A DNA stretch of 64,000 nt, from positions 3,841-67,840 of the forward strand of contig CAZKBQ010000018.1 in the NCBI GenBank assembly GCA_964550855.1, read 5' to 3'. Shown in pieces: positions 19,180-28,321 of this stretch. This DNA comes from an uncultured Anaerolineae bacterium (GTDB lineage: Bacteria > Chloroflexota > Anaerolineae > Fen-1058). Made by a program: the position numbers and the translations under genes. The notes under the pieces were generated by a model. It had not been told where the DNA came from. It saw only the letters and a list, made by a program, of their open reading frames with translations, and searched no databases. Every line of letters begins with the position of its first letter. Positions within the stretch are counted from its first letter, which is position 1.

Positions 19180-22100
19180 ATGATCAATCGATCAAGTCGT
19201 GTGGCAGATCGCCTTGAAGCATGGGCGCGCGCGCCGCGGGGCCAGGCGATCATTATCGCCGCTGCCGTCGCGCTGATCCTCTGGCCGGCGGGCAGCCTGA
19301 TCATTGGCGCGTATCGTGCTCAGCTGCTGGCCGGCGGCTCGACGGCGATCTTCGAGGTGGCTGGCCTGATCGGGTTGGTGCTGCTGGCCGGCCTGATCTA
19401 CTACGCCGTCAGCCGCCGCTCGCTGCTGAACGGGGCGCGTCAACGCGAAGCTGATCTGCTGGCTCGTGAAGCGCGCAGCCAGGCGCTGCTCAACGCCATC
19501 CCCGATCTGATGTTTCGGCTGACGCGCGACGGCACCTTTCTGGACTATCACGCCGAGCAGACCGATATGGTGATCCCGGCGAATGACGTTATCGGCGCGA
19601 ATCTGCGCCAGCTGCCCATGCCGCCGGCCGTCATCCAGCGCATGCTGGACAAGATCAACGCAGCGCTGGACACCAACCGCATCGAGGTGATGGAATACAC
19701 GCTGCCGACGGTGGGCGGTGACAAGGATTTTGAAGCCCGCATGGTGGCCTGTGCGCCCGACGAAGTGGTGGCCATCGTCCGCAATATCACCGAGCGCAAT
19801 CGCGCCGAGCGAGCGCTGCATCGCTGGGCGCACATCTTTGAGCACGCGGAGTGGGGCGTGGCCATCGGCAGCGCCGACGGCCGCACGCTGGAACTGATGA
19901 ATCCCGCCTATGCGCGCATGCACGGTTACACCGTCGACGAATTGTCTCAGATGCCCATCGCCAGCGTCTTCGCCCCCGGCACCGCCGACGAGCTCAGCCT
20001 GTTGATTCAGGCCGCGAATGAGACCGGCCACGCCGTCATCGAATCCCGACACATCCGCAAAGACGGCACGATCTTTCCCGTGGTGGTCGATCTGACCGCG
20101 GTCAAAGACGACGCCGGCCAGGTGTTGTATCGCGTCGCCAACGTGCAGGACATCAGCGAACGCAAGCAGGCCGAGGCGCAGCTGCGCGCTTCGGAGGCCG
20201 AACTGCGGGCGCTGTTTGCGGCCATGCCCGATGTGATCCTGGTGTTGGATGCGCGGGGGCGCTACCTGCGCATCGCGCCGACCAATCCGTCATTTTCGCA
20301 GCGGCCGCCCGACAACCTGATCGGCCAGTCGCTGCACGATGTCTTCCCGCCTGCCAAAGCCGCCGAATTCATGAGTATGATTCAGGCTGCCCTGCGCACG
20401 CAGCAGCCGGTGCAGGCCGATTACAACCTGGCCGTTGACGGCGAGACAGTGTGGTACACGGCCACCATCTCACCGCTGCCCGACGACACGGTGCTGCTGG
20501 TGGCGCGCGACATCACAGAACGCAAACACTCAGAAGAAACGCTGCGCGAGCGTGAAGAGCAGTATCGCAGCATCTTTGAAGCCAGCCTGGACGGGCTGTT
20601 CATCAACAGCCTCGACGGTTACGTCGTCGATGTGAACCCGGCCGGCGCGAGCATGCACGGCTACACCGTGGATGAATGTCGCGGGCTGCGCTCGGCCCAG
20701 CTGGTGCCGCCCGATCGGTTGGCCGGCCTCGAAGAATTCCTCGACCGTGTGCGCCGCGGCGAACAATTCCGCGCGCAGGGGTTTGACCTGCGACGGGATG
20801 GCGCACAGTTTCCGGTGGAGATCGTCGGTACGCAGTTCATCTATCGGGGGCGGCCGCACGCGCTGGCCATTGTGCGCGACATCACCGAGCGCGTGCAGGC
20901 CGAGCAGACGCTGCGCGAGCGCGATCTGCAATATCAAAGCGTCTTCGAGTCCAGCATCGACGGCCTGGCCATCAACAACCTGAACGGCGAGCTGGTTGAA
21001 TTCAATCCGGCCATGGCTTACATGCACGGCTACACCGTCGACGAGTTTCGCCACATCCAGCCGCCGCAGTTCATTCACCCCGACTCGCAGCCGATGTTTG
21101 CCGAATACATGGCGATGGTGAAGGCCGGTCGAGAACTTCGCGGCCGGGCCATGGACGTACGCAAAGACGGCTCGATCCTCCACGTCGAAGTCATCGGCAC
21201 GCCGTTCACGCTGCGCGGCGAACCGCACGCCTTTGCCATCGTGCGCGACATCAGTGCGCAGGTGGCCGCCGAGAAGGCGCTGCGCGATCGGGAGGAGCAA
21301 TACCGCAGTGTCTTTCAAGCCGTCAGTGACGGGCTGTTCGTCGACACCATCGATGGGAAAATGGTGGACTTTAATCCGGCGGTGGCGTACATGCACGGTT
21401 ACACCGTGGAAGAGTTCAGCCAGATCCCGACGATTCAGATCATCCATCCCGACTCGCTGCCGCTGTTTGCGGAATTCGTTGAGACGGTGAAGGCCGGCCG
21501 CGAATATCGCTGCCGCGCCATCGACGTGCGCAAAGACGGTTCGCTGTTTCCGGTGGAAGTGACCGGCATCCCCATCACCTATCGCAGCGAACCGCACATG
21601 CTGGCCGTGCTGCACGACATCACCGAGCAGGTGCAGGCCGAGCAGCTGCTGGAGCAGCGCGTGGCCGAGCGCACGCGCGAACTGTCGGCTTTGCTGGACG
21701 TGTCGCGCAATGTGGCCTCCACGCTGGAGATCGAGCCGCTGCTGGGCCTGATCCTGGATGCGCTGAAGGTGTTTGTGGATTACACCGGCGCCCGCATTTA
21801 TACGCGCGAGGGGACCCACCTGCGCGTGCGCGCGGCGCGGGGCCAGAATCGCACGGATCGCACCATCGGCGGTGACTTCCCCCTCAGCGGCCGCCTCTCC
21901 GAGGAAGTCTTCATCCAACGGCGCGTGCTGGTCATCCCCGATCTCACCTCGCCTGACGATCCCTGGGCCGTCGCGTTTCGAACCGAAGGTCCGACCGACA
22001 TCGCCGACATCGTCACGCGTGTCCAATCGTGGATGGGCGTGCCCCTCATCGCCAAGGATCGCGTCATCGGCAGCCTGGCGCTGGAACATGCCCGGGCCGG

Positions 22101-22827
22101 CTTCTACGACGCGCATCACGCGGAGATCGTGCTGGCGCTGGCGAATCAGGTGGCCGTGGCGCTGGAAAATGCGCGCCTGTTCACGGAGGCGCAGGGCAAA
22201 GCGGTGCTGGAAGAGCGTCAGCGGCTGGCGCGCGATCTGCACGATTCGGTCACGCAATCGTTGTACAGCCTGACGCTGCTGGCCGAAGCAGGCCGCCGCC
22301 TGATCGATTCTGATGTGCCGCAGGCCGCGCGTTACCTCGGCGACATGGGCGAGATCGCGCAACAGTCGTTGAAGGAGATGCGGCTGCTGGTCTATCAACT
22401 GCGGCCACTGGCGCTGGCGCACGAAGGGCTGATCGGCGCGCTGCAGGCCCGGCTCGATTCCGTGGAAAAACGCGCGGGAGTTGAAGCACGCTTCCTGATC
22501 GAGGGCAGTCTGGGCAACCTGCCGGCCGTGCTGGAAGAAGGCCTGTTCCGCGTGGCACAGGAGGCGCTGAACAACGCCTTGAAACATGCCGCGGCCCGAT
22601 CGGTGGTGGTGCGCTTGCGCGGCGACGATGACTGTGTCACACTTGAGGTGATCGACGACGGGCGCGGCTCAACGCGGCTGACCGACGACGCGAAGACGGG
22701 CGGCCTGGGCCTGACCAGCATGCGCGAGCGCGTGGCGCAGCTGCGCGGCACACTCCAGATCGAATCAACGCCGGGCCGGGGCACGCGGGTGGTCGTCGAA
22801 GTGCCGCGCAGTAACCCGAACGCGTAA
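19180..22827 (+). CDS. Multi-PAS/GAF sensor histidine kinase, NarL-type (HisKA_3 + HATPase_c)
   Basis: Two N-terminal TM helices and at least five PAS-like repeats (recurring MHGYTVDE..., DITERK/V motifs). GAF-like region, H-box ERQRLARDLHDSVTQSLYSL, and ATPase region EALNNALKHA...DDGRG...GGLGLTSMRERV. ATG 19180 has a GAAAGGA SD; the ORF track start 19156 is a TTG. Confidence 0.9.
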   Translation: MINRSSRVADRLEAWARAPRGQAIIIAAAVALILWPAGSLIIGAYRAQLLAGGSTAIFEVAGLIGLVLLAGLIYYAVSRRSLLNGARQREADLLAREARSQALLNAIPDLMFRLTRDGTFLDYHAEQTDMVIPANDVIGANLRQLPMPPAVIQRMLDKINAALDTNRIEVMEYTLPTVGGDKDFEARMVACAPDEVVAIVRNITERNRAERALHRWAHIFEHAEWGVAIGSADGRTLELMNPAYARMHGYTVDELSQMPIASVFAPGTADELSLLIQAANETGHAVIESRHIRKDGTIFPVVVDLTAVKDDAGQVLYRVANVQDISERKQAEAQLRASEAELRALFAAMPDVILVLDARGRYLRIAPTNPSFSQRPPDNLIGQSLHDVFPPAKAAEFMSMIQAALRTQQPVQADYNLAVDGETVWYTATISPLPDDTVLLVARDITERKHSEETLREREEQYRSIFEASLDGLFINSLDGYVVDVNPAGASMHGYTVDECRGLRSAQLVPPDRLAGLEEFLDRVRRGEQFRAQGFDLRRDGAQFPVEIVGTQFIYRGRPHALAIVRDITERVQAEQTLRERDLQYQSVFESSIDGLAINNLNGELVEFNPAMAYMHGYTVDEFRHIQPPQFIHPDSQPMFAEYMAMVKAGRELRGRAMDVRKDGSILHVEVIGTPFTLRGEPHAFAIVRDISAQVAAEKALRDREEQYRSVFQAVSDGLFVDTIDGKMVDFNPAVAYMHGYTVEEFSQIPTIQIIHPDSLPLFAEFVETVKAGREYRCRAIDVRKDGSLFPVEVTGIPITYRSEPHMLAVLHDITEQVQAEQLLEQRVAERTRELSALLDVSRNVASTLEIEPLLGLILDALKVFVDYTGARIYTREGTHLRVRAARGQNRTDRTIGGDFPLSGRLSEEVFIQRRVLVIPDLTSPDDPWAVAFRTEGPTDIADIVTRVQSWMGVPLIAKDRVIGSLALEHARAGFYDAHHAEIVLALANQVAVALENARLFTEAQGKAVLEERQRLARDLHDSVTQSLYSLTLLAEAGRRLIDSDVPQAARYLGDMGEIAQQSLKEMRLLVYQLRPLALAHEGLIGALQARLDSVEKRAGVEARFLIEGSLGNLPAVLEEGLFRVAQEALNNALKHAAARSVVVRLRGDDDCVTLEVIDDGRGSTRLTDDAKTGGLGLTSMRERVAQLRGTLQIESTPGRGTRVVVEVPRSNPNA

Positions 22828-22859
22828 ACTGCAGGCAGAGTTAATCACCGGAGGAATTT

Positions 22860-23513
22860 ATGGCCGACCCTATTCGCATTCTCATCGCCGACGATCACGC
22901 TGTAGTGCGGCACGGGCTGCGCGCGCTTATTACCACCGAGCCCGATATGGAACTGGTGGGCGAGGCCACCGACGGCGTGGAAGCGGTGGACCTGGCGCTG
23001 AAGCTGAAGCCCGATGTGATCCTGATGGACATGGCGATGCCGCGCAAGACGGGACTGGAAGCCATCCTCGACATCATGCGCACCGACCCACAGGCGCGCA
23101 TTCTGGTGTTGACCAGCTTTGCCGAAGACGAGCAGGTCTTTCCGGCCATCAAAGCGGGCGCCGCCGGCTATCTGCTCAAGGACACTGCCCCGCGTGAACT
23201 GCTGCAGGCCATCCGCGATGTGCAGAACGGGCTGGTGTCACTGCACCCCACCATCGCGCGCAAGCTGGTGGGCGAGTTGAAACGCCCGGCCGATCTGCCG
23301 CCCGCCGCCGATCCGCTGACCGAGCGTGAAGTGCAGGTGCTGGCGCTGGTGGCGCGCGGCCTGTCCAACCAAGAGATCGCCGATCAACTCTTCATCGGCG
23401 AGCGCACCGTGCGCACACACATCAGCAACATTCTGGGCAAGCTGCACCTGGCCAACCGCACACAGGCCGCGCTGTACGCGCAGCGCGAAGGGTTGGCGCA
23501 TCTGGAGATGTAA
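22860..23513 (+). CDS. NarL/FixJ-family response regulator (REC + LuxR HTH)
   Basis: IRILIADDHAVVRHGL, DVILMDMAMP (acceptor Asp), ILVLTS, KAGAAGYLLKD. HTH: LTEREVQVLALVARGLSNQEIADQLFIGERTVRTHISNILGKL. Confidence 0.95.
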   Translation: MADPIRILIADDHAVVRHGLRALITTEPDMELVGEATDGVEAVDLALKLKPDVILMDMAMPRKTGLEAILDIMRTDPQARILVLTSFAEDEQVFPAIKAGAAGYLLKDTAPRELLQAIRDVQNGLVSLHPTIARKLVGELKRPADLPPAADPLTEREVQVLALVARGLSNQEIADQLFIGERTVRTHISNILGKLHLANRTQAALYAQREGLAHLEM

Positions 23514-23547
23514 TTCACCGCGCGCCCGGCGCATTCCGGCTCGTCTC

Positions 23548-23586
23548 CCGCCCGATCGGCCTGCCGCGCGATCGGGCGGTTTTGTG
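23548..23586 (+). terminator. Rho-independent terminator after the response regulator gene
   Basis: CCGCCCGATCG (23548-23558), 10-nt loop, CGATCGGGCGG (23569-23579), followed by TTTTGTG. Confidence 0.75.
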
Positions 23587-23600
23587 CCGGATTTCACCTC

Positions 23601-23723
23601 GGCCGATTGACGTAGTCGTATCGGCGGTTTGACGTACCGCGCGGTTTGCTGCAAGTATCCTCTTTCTCCGCGTGAATTTCCCTCGCCCCGACGATGTGAG
23701 CGCACCCCGGACACGGTAAGATG
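23601..23723 (+). promoter_or_regulatory. Copy 5 of the conserved 123-124-nt promoter/leader cassette (upstream of the pseudo-receiver/ECF sigma operon)
   Basis: GGCCGATTGACGTAG..GGTTTGACGTACC..TATCCTCTTTCTCCGCG..AATTTCCC..CGATGTG-N17-GTAAGATG. It aligns block-for-block with the four minus-strand copies at 52.6-57.2 kb. It ends 35 nt before ATG 23758. Confidence 0.6.
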
Positions 23724-23757
23724 ATCGATGAGACAAGACCGAAAGCCCTGATCGATC

Positions 23758-24165
23758 ATGATTCCGACTGCCCTGGCCATCATCGCCGCACCACCCGATT
23801 TCTTGCGTTACAGTCTGCAAGCGCTGCTGGCGCGGCTGCCGCAGATTGACGAGGTGCGCGGGGCAGCCGACATCCGATCGATCCTGGCGGCCTCGCCGGA
23901 CACGAGACTGCGGCTGGTGGTGGTGGATGCGGGCCTGCTGCGCGGCGAAGCCGGCCCCGTGCTGGCACAAATCAAAGCGACGGCCCCGCACGCCCGCCTG
24001 GTCGTGCTGGTCGATCGCATTGATCAACAACAGGCCCTGCAGGCCACCGTGGCCGATCGGGTGTTGTTGAAGGGCTATCCGGCCGCCGCCTTATTTGCCA
24101 GCCTGGAACAACTGTTGGTTCAAACGGATCGAAATGATGAACAGCTGCCTGCCGACGTGGAGTGA
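23758..24165 (+). CDS. Stand-alone receiver-like (pseudo-receiver) protein
   Basis: It aligns by eye with the REC domain of the neighbouring RR. It keeps VVVDAGL (acceptor position). It lacks the N-terminal acidic pair (AIIAAPPDF instead of ADDH) and the conserved Lys region (ATVADRVLLKG). Confidence 0.6.
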   Translation: MIPTALAIIAAPPDFLRYSLQALLARLPQIDEVRGAADIRSILAASPDTRLRLVVVDAGLLRGEAGPVLAQIKATAPHARLVVLVDRIDQQQALQATVADRVLLKGYPAAALFASLEQLLVQTDRNDEQLPADVE

Positions 24166-24180
24166 AAAGCGAGGTAGTCT

Positions 24181-24825
24181 ATGACATACATCACCAGCGA
24201 GTCCTGGTACGCTGCGCCTCACGCGCTCCAGCCGCCGGCCAGTGAAGAGACTTACATTCAAGCCGCGCAGCGCGGCGACCTGGAGGCGTTTAACGCGCTG
24301 GTGCTGATGCATCAGGCGCGCGCTTACAACCTGGCCTACCGCCTGCTGGGCGATGAGGCCGCCGCAGCCGATGCCACGCAAGAGGCCTTCATCCGCGCCT
24401 ATCAGCACATCCGCGCTTTTCAGCGCGGCGCGTTCTTCACGTGGCTGTATCGCATCGTCGCCAACGTCTGCTACGACCTGCTGCGTTACCAGAAACGGCG
24501 GCCCGCTCTGCCCTTTACGCAGCTGTCCGGTGAGGCCGGCGGCGTATCGGACCACGACGCGCCGGACTTTGACGCGCCCGCGCCCGAAGACGATGGCCCG
24601 GAAACGATAATCCAGCGCCGCGAGCTGGCCGCCCTGCTCCAACAGCACATCAACACGCTGCCGATCGAACAACGCCTGGCGCTGGTGCTCAGCGACGTGC
24701 AGGGTCTGAGCTACCAGGAAATCGCCGAAGTGACCCGCAGCAATCTGGGCACGGTCAAATCGCGGCTAAGCCGCGCACGGACGCGGCTGCGCCGCAGCCT
24801 GAGCGCGGCACAGCTGGCGCTGTAA
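24181..24825 (+). CDS. ECF-type RNA polymerase sigma-70 family factor
   Basis: Region 2: AFNALVLMHQARAYNLAYRLLGDEAAAADATQEAFIRAY...WLYRIVANVCYDLLR. Region 4: LPIEQRLALVLSDVQGLSYQEIAEVTRSNLGTVKSRLSRAR. Confidence 0.9.
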   Translation: MTYITSESWYAAPHALQPPASEETYIQAAQRGDLEAFNALVLMHQARAYNLAYRLLGDEAAAADATQEAFIRAYQHIRAFQRGAFFTWLYRIVANVCYDLLRYQKRRPALPFTQLSGEAGGVSDHDAPDFDAPAPEDDGPETIIQRRELAALLQQHINTLPIEQRLALVLSDVQGLSYQEIAEVTRSNLGTVKSRLSRARTRLRRSLSAAQLAL

Positions 24826-24834
24826 GCGACCCTC

Positions 24835-25527
24835 TCATTCCCCGCCGCGCAGCCGATAACCGACGCCCGGCTCGGTGACGATGTACCGTGGCCGGGCCGG
24901 GTCAACTTCGATCTTGCGGCGCAAGTTGCTGATGTTCACGCGCAGCATGTGCAGCTCGTCGTCATAGCCCGGCCCCCACGCCTGCCGCAGCAGTTGATGA
25001 TGCGTCAACACCTTGCCCGCATTGACGACGAACAACCGCAGCAGATCGTACTCCGTCGGGGTCAGCTGCACCTCCTGGCCGGCCACGCTCACCAGCCGCC
25101 GCGCCAGATCGACGACCAGATCGCCCATCACAAACACCGGCTCATCGGCCGGGCGCGCCGCGTGCCGGACCGCCGTCCGAATGCGCGCCAGCAGTTCGCC
25201 CACGCCAAACGGCTTGGTCAAATAATCATCGGCGCCGGCATCAAGAGCCGCAATCTTGTCGGTCTCATGCTCGCGCACCGACAGCACAATAACGGGCACC
25301 GTCGTCCACTCCCGCAGCCGCCGCGTCACCTCAACGCCGTCGATATCGGGCAGACCCAGATCAAGAATGATCAGATCGGGCCGATTGGCGATCACGGCAT
25401 CCAGCGCGGCCTGGCCGTTTGCCGCCTCGAAGATGAGATAGTGATGGGCCGACAACGCCGCGCGCAAGAAACGGCGGATCGGCGCTTCGTCGTCGACGAT
25501 CAGGACGCGCAGCTCGCCTTCACTCAT
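24835..25527 (-). CDS. kdpE: KDP operon response regulator KdpE (OmpR family)
   Basis: ATG 25527 (MSEGELRVLIVDDEAPIRRFL) overlaps the kdpD stop by 8 nt. Motifs DLIILDLGLPD and C-terminal wHTH LRRKIEVDPARPRYIVTEPGVGYRL. The longer ORF-track start 25779 lies inside kdpD. Confidence 0.9.
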   Translation of the reverse strand: MSEGELRVLIVDDEAPIRRFLRAALSAHHYLIFEAANGQAALDAVIANRPDLIILDLGLPDIDGVEVTRRLREWTTVPVIVLSVREHETDKIAALDAGADDYLTKPFGVGELLARIRTAVRHAARPADEPVFVMGDLVVDLARRLVSVAGQEVQLTPTEYDLLRLFVVNAGKVLTHHQLLRQAWGPGYDDELHMLRVNISNLRRKIEVDPARPRYIVTEPGVGYRLRGGE

Positions 25528-28222
25528 GATTGACCTCGCGGCGTTGCGCCAGCGGCAACCCGATGGTGACGATGGTGCCGCCGCCCGATCGGTTTTCCGC
25601 GCCGATGAAGCCGCCGTGCGCTTCCACAATGCCTTTGCAGATCGACAGGCCCAGCCCCGTGCCGCCCACATTGTCGGGATTCTGCACGCGATAGAACTTG
25701 TCAAACACCCGCGCCAGATCGTCGTGCGGAATACCCACACCCCGATCGGCCACCGCGATCTCGGCGAACGCCCCCGCATACGATACGCTGATCTCGATGG
25801 GCGCAGCCGGCGGTGAGTACTTGAGCGCGTTATCGAGCACGTTCACCAGCACCTGCACGATCAACACGAAGTCCATCGGGATCAACGGCAGATCGGGCGC
25901 GATGTTCAGCGTTATCGTCCGATCGGCGGCGCGCTCGCCCAGCCGTTCCAACGCGGAACCGATCACATCCTGAATATCACACGGTTCCTCTTGAAGGCGC
26001 AGCGCGCCCGCCTCCAGCCGCGTCATGTCCAACAGATTGCCCACCAACCGATTGAGCCGTTCCGCCTCACCGCGCGCCGTATCGATCAAACTGCGCCGCG
26101 CCGTTTCGTCCAGCGCGCCATCCTCGTGCAGACTGCTCAGCGCGCCCGTGATGGACACCAGCGGCGTGCGCAGATCGTGCGAGATGGAATTGAGCAGCGC
26201 GGTCTGCAGCTTCTCGGTGGCCTGCAGCACCTGCGTCTGGCGCGTCTGCTCGGCCAGCTGGGCGCGTTCGATCGCCACGGCGGCCTGGCTGGCATACACC
26301 TCCATCTGGCGGCGCTGATCGGGCGTCAGGTGTTTGGTCGAATCGTGCGGCATGACGCCCAGCACGCCGATGACGCCGTGCGCGGTTTTCAGCGGCAGAT
26401 AGCGCACCTTCGCGGCGGGCAGCGTATCCGTATCGCGACCGGCCGGCTGGCCGTGCTGATACGCCCACGCCGCCACGGCCAGCTCGCTGTCGTCCAGTTG
26501 AATATCGGGACTATGGCCGCTGACCGTCAAATGCTGATTCTCCGGCAGCAGCACCACGACCTCGCGGCTGAAGTTTTCGCCCAGCTGCATGACGATCTGG
26601 TCGATGATTTCTTCCAGGCTGGCGGCGGCAGCCAGCGCGCTGCTGAACGCGTACAGCGTGGCGGTCTGCGCCTCGCGCTCGCGCGCCGCCTCGGCCTGCT
26701 CGCGCGAGCGCACGGCCAGCGTGCTGATCACCAGGCTGACGATGAACAGGCCCAGAAACGTCAGCAGATATTCGGTGTCATAGACCGTGAGCGTCAGCTG
26801 CGGCGGCACAAAAAAGTAGTCAAAGGCAACCACACTTAAAAAGGCCACCATCAACGACGGGCCGCGCCCCAGATACAGGGCGGCAATGACCACACTGGCC
26901 AGATAGATCATCACCAGGTTGGTGGGAGCCGTGACAAACGAACGCGCCAGAGCGCTGAGGACCGTCGTCGCCCCCACCAGCAGCAGACCCTGAAAATAGC
27001 GCCACAGCGGTCGGTGCGGCCGCCAGCTGCTGCTCTCCGGCAGGTGTGGCTGAGCGGTCGGCTCGTTGCTGATCACATACACATCGATGCCGCCGCTCAG
27101 CCGCAGCAACTGATCGACGATCGAGCCGCGCAGCAACTCGATCCAGCGTGGTTGCGGCGACTGGCCCACGATCAACTTGGTGATGTTGTGCCGGTGAGCA
27201 TAGTCCAACACGACCTCAGGCACCGACGGGCCGGGCAGACTACGCGTGCGCGCGCCCAATTCTTCGGCCAGCCGCAGAGTGCGTGCCAGCTGATCGCGCT
27301 CGTCGCTGGACAGGCGGGAATAGCCGGGCGTTTCGACGTTGAGCGCAAACCATTCGGCGCCCAGCTGATCGGCCATGCGGCGCGCGGCGCGCACCAACCG
27401 CTCGCTCAACGGACTGGCGCTTACGCATACCAGCAGGCGCTCGTTGGCCGGCCACGGGCCGGGAATCGATCGGGTGCGCATGTAGTCGCGCATCTGATCA
27501 TCGACGCGCTTGGCGGTGCGCCGCAGGGCCAGTTCGCGCAGGGCCGTCAGATTGCCCTTGCGGAAGAATTCCTCGATGGCGCGCACGGCCTGCTGCGGCA
27601 GATAGACCTTACCTTCGCGCAGCCGCTGCAAAAGTTCGTCGGGCGGCAGATCGATCAGTTCGATCTCGCCCGCTTCGTCGATGACTTTGTCGGGCAGTGT
27701 CTCGCGCACAATCACGCCGGTGATCTGCGCCACTACATCGTTGATGCTTTCCAGATGCTGAATGTTGAGCGTGGTGTACACGTCGATGCCGGCCGCCAGG
27801 AGTTCTTCCACATCCTGATAACGTTTGGGATGACGCGAGCCGGGCGCATTGGTGTGCGCCAGTTCATCCACCAGCGCCAGCTGCGGCCGGCGGGCCAGCA
27901 CCGCGTCCAGGTTCATCTCCGGCAGGGCGATGCCGCGATACTCGACTTGCCGCAGGGGAATGATCTCCAGTCCGGCGAGCAGCGCCTCGGTGTCAACACG
28001 GCCATGCGTTTCGACGCAGGCCACGACCACATCGACGCCGGCGGCCCGGCGGACGCGGGCCGCTTCGAGCATGGCGTAGGTCTTGCCCACGCCGGCCGCG
28101 TAGCCGAGGAAGATCTTCAACTGGCCGCGCGCCGTGCGACGTTCCTCGGCCTGAACGCGGGCCAGCAGCTCATCGGGATTGGGGCGATGCTCGATCATGG
28201 CATCAGGGCCGGGGCGAAGCAT
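25520..28222 (-). CDS. kdpD: Sensor histidine kinase KdpD (full length: KdpD-N/Usp, DUF4118 membrane domain, GAF, HisKA, HATPase)
   Basis: LKIFLGYAAGVGKTYAML (KdpD N-terminal P-loop), membrane block with FDYFFVPP, H-box LLNSISHDLRTPL, and DRGVGIP...GTGLGLSICKGIVEAHGG. An alternative start is ATG 28198. Confidence 0.95.
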   Translation of the reverse strand: MLRPGPDAMIEHRPNPDELLARVQAEERRTARGQLKIFLGYAAGVGKTYAMLEAARVRRAAGVDVVVACVETHGRVDTEALLAGLEIIPLRQVEYRGIALPEMNLDAVLARRPQLALVDELAHTNAPGSRHPKRYQDVEELLAAGIDVYTTLNIQHLESINDVVAQITGVIVRETLPDKVIDEAGEIELIDLPPDELLQRLREGKVYLPQQAVRAIEEFFRKGNLTALRELALRRTAKRVDDQMRDYMRTRSIPGPWPANERLLVCVSASPLSERLVRAARRMADQLGAEWFALNVETPGYSRLSSDERDQLARTLRLAEELGARTRSLPGPSVPEVVLDYAHRHNITKLIVGQSPQPRWIELLRGSIVDQLLRLSGGIDVYVISNEPTAQPHLPESSSWRPHRPLWRYFQGLLLVGATTVLSALARSFVTAPTNLVMIYLASVVIAALYLGRGPSLMVAFLSVVAFDYFFVPPQLTLTVYDTEYLLTFLGLFIVSLVISTLAVRSREQAEAAREREAQTATLYAFSSALAAAASLEEIIDQIVMQLGENFSREVVVLLPENQHLTVSGHSPDIQLDDSELAVAAWAYQHGQPAGRDTDTLPAAKVRYLPLKTAHGVIGVLGVMPHDSTKHLTPDQRRQMEVYASQAAVAIERAQLAEQTRQTQVLQATEKLQTALLNSISHDLRTPLVSITGALSSLHEDGALDETARRSLIDTARGEAERLNRLVGNLLDMTRLEAGALRLQEEPCDIQDVIGSALERLGERAADRTITLNIAPDLPLIPMDFVLIVQVLVNVLDNALKYSPPAAPIEISVSYAGAFAEIAVADRGVGIPHDDLARVFDKFYRVQNPDNVGGTGLGLSICKGIVEAHGGFIGAENRSGGGTIVTIGLPLAQRREVNHE

Positions 28223-28321
28223 TCGAAACAGGTTTGATTGAGCCGCTGGACGCGACCCGGCTGATGATCAACCTGGCTGTGTGGTGTGAATGCCTGCCCC
28301 CGTGGTTATTCTAGCATTTAT

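Noticed and set aside
20530-22587. 685-aa minus-strand ORF
   Set aside because: It lies antisense to the PAS/GAF histidine kinase, whose frame has H-box and ATPase motifs. This is a shadow ORF.
25528-25779. N-terminal extension of kdpE (314-aa ORF)
   Set aside because: The extension lies inside the kdpD coding region in another frame. The canonical receiver N-terminus MSEGELRVLIVDDE starts at 25527 and overlaps the kdpD stop.
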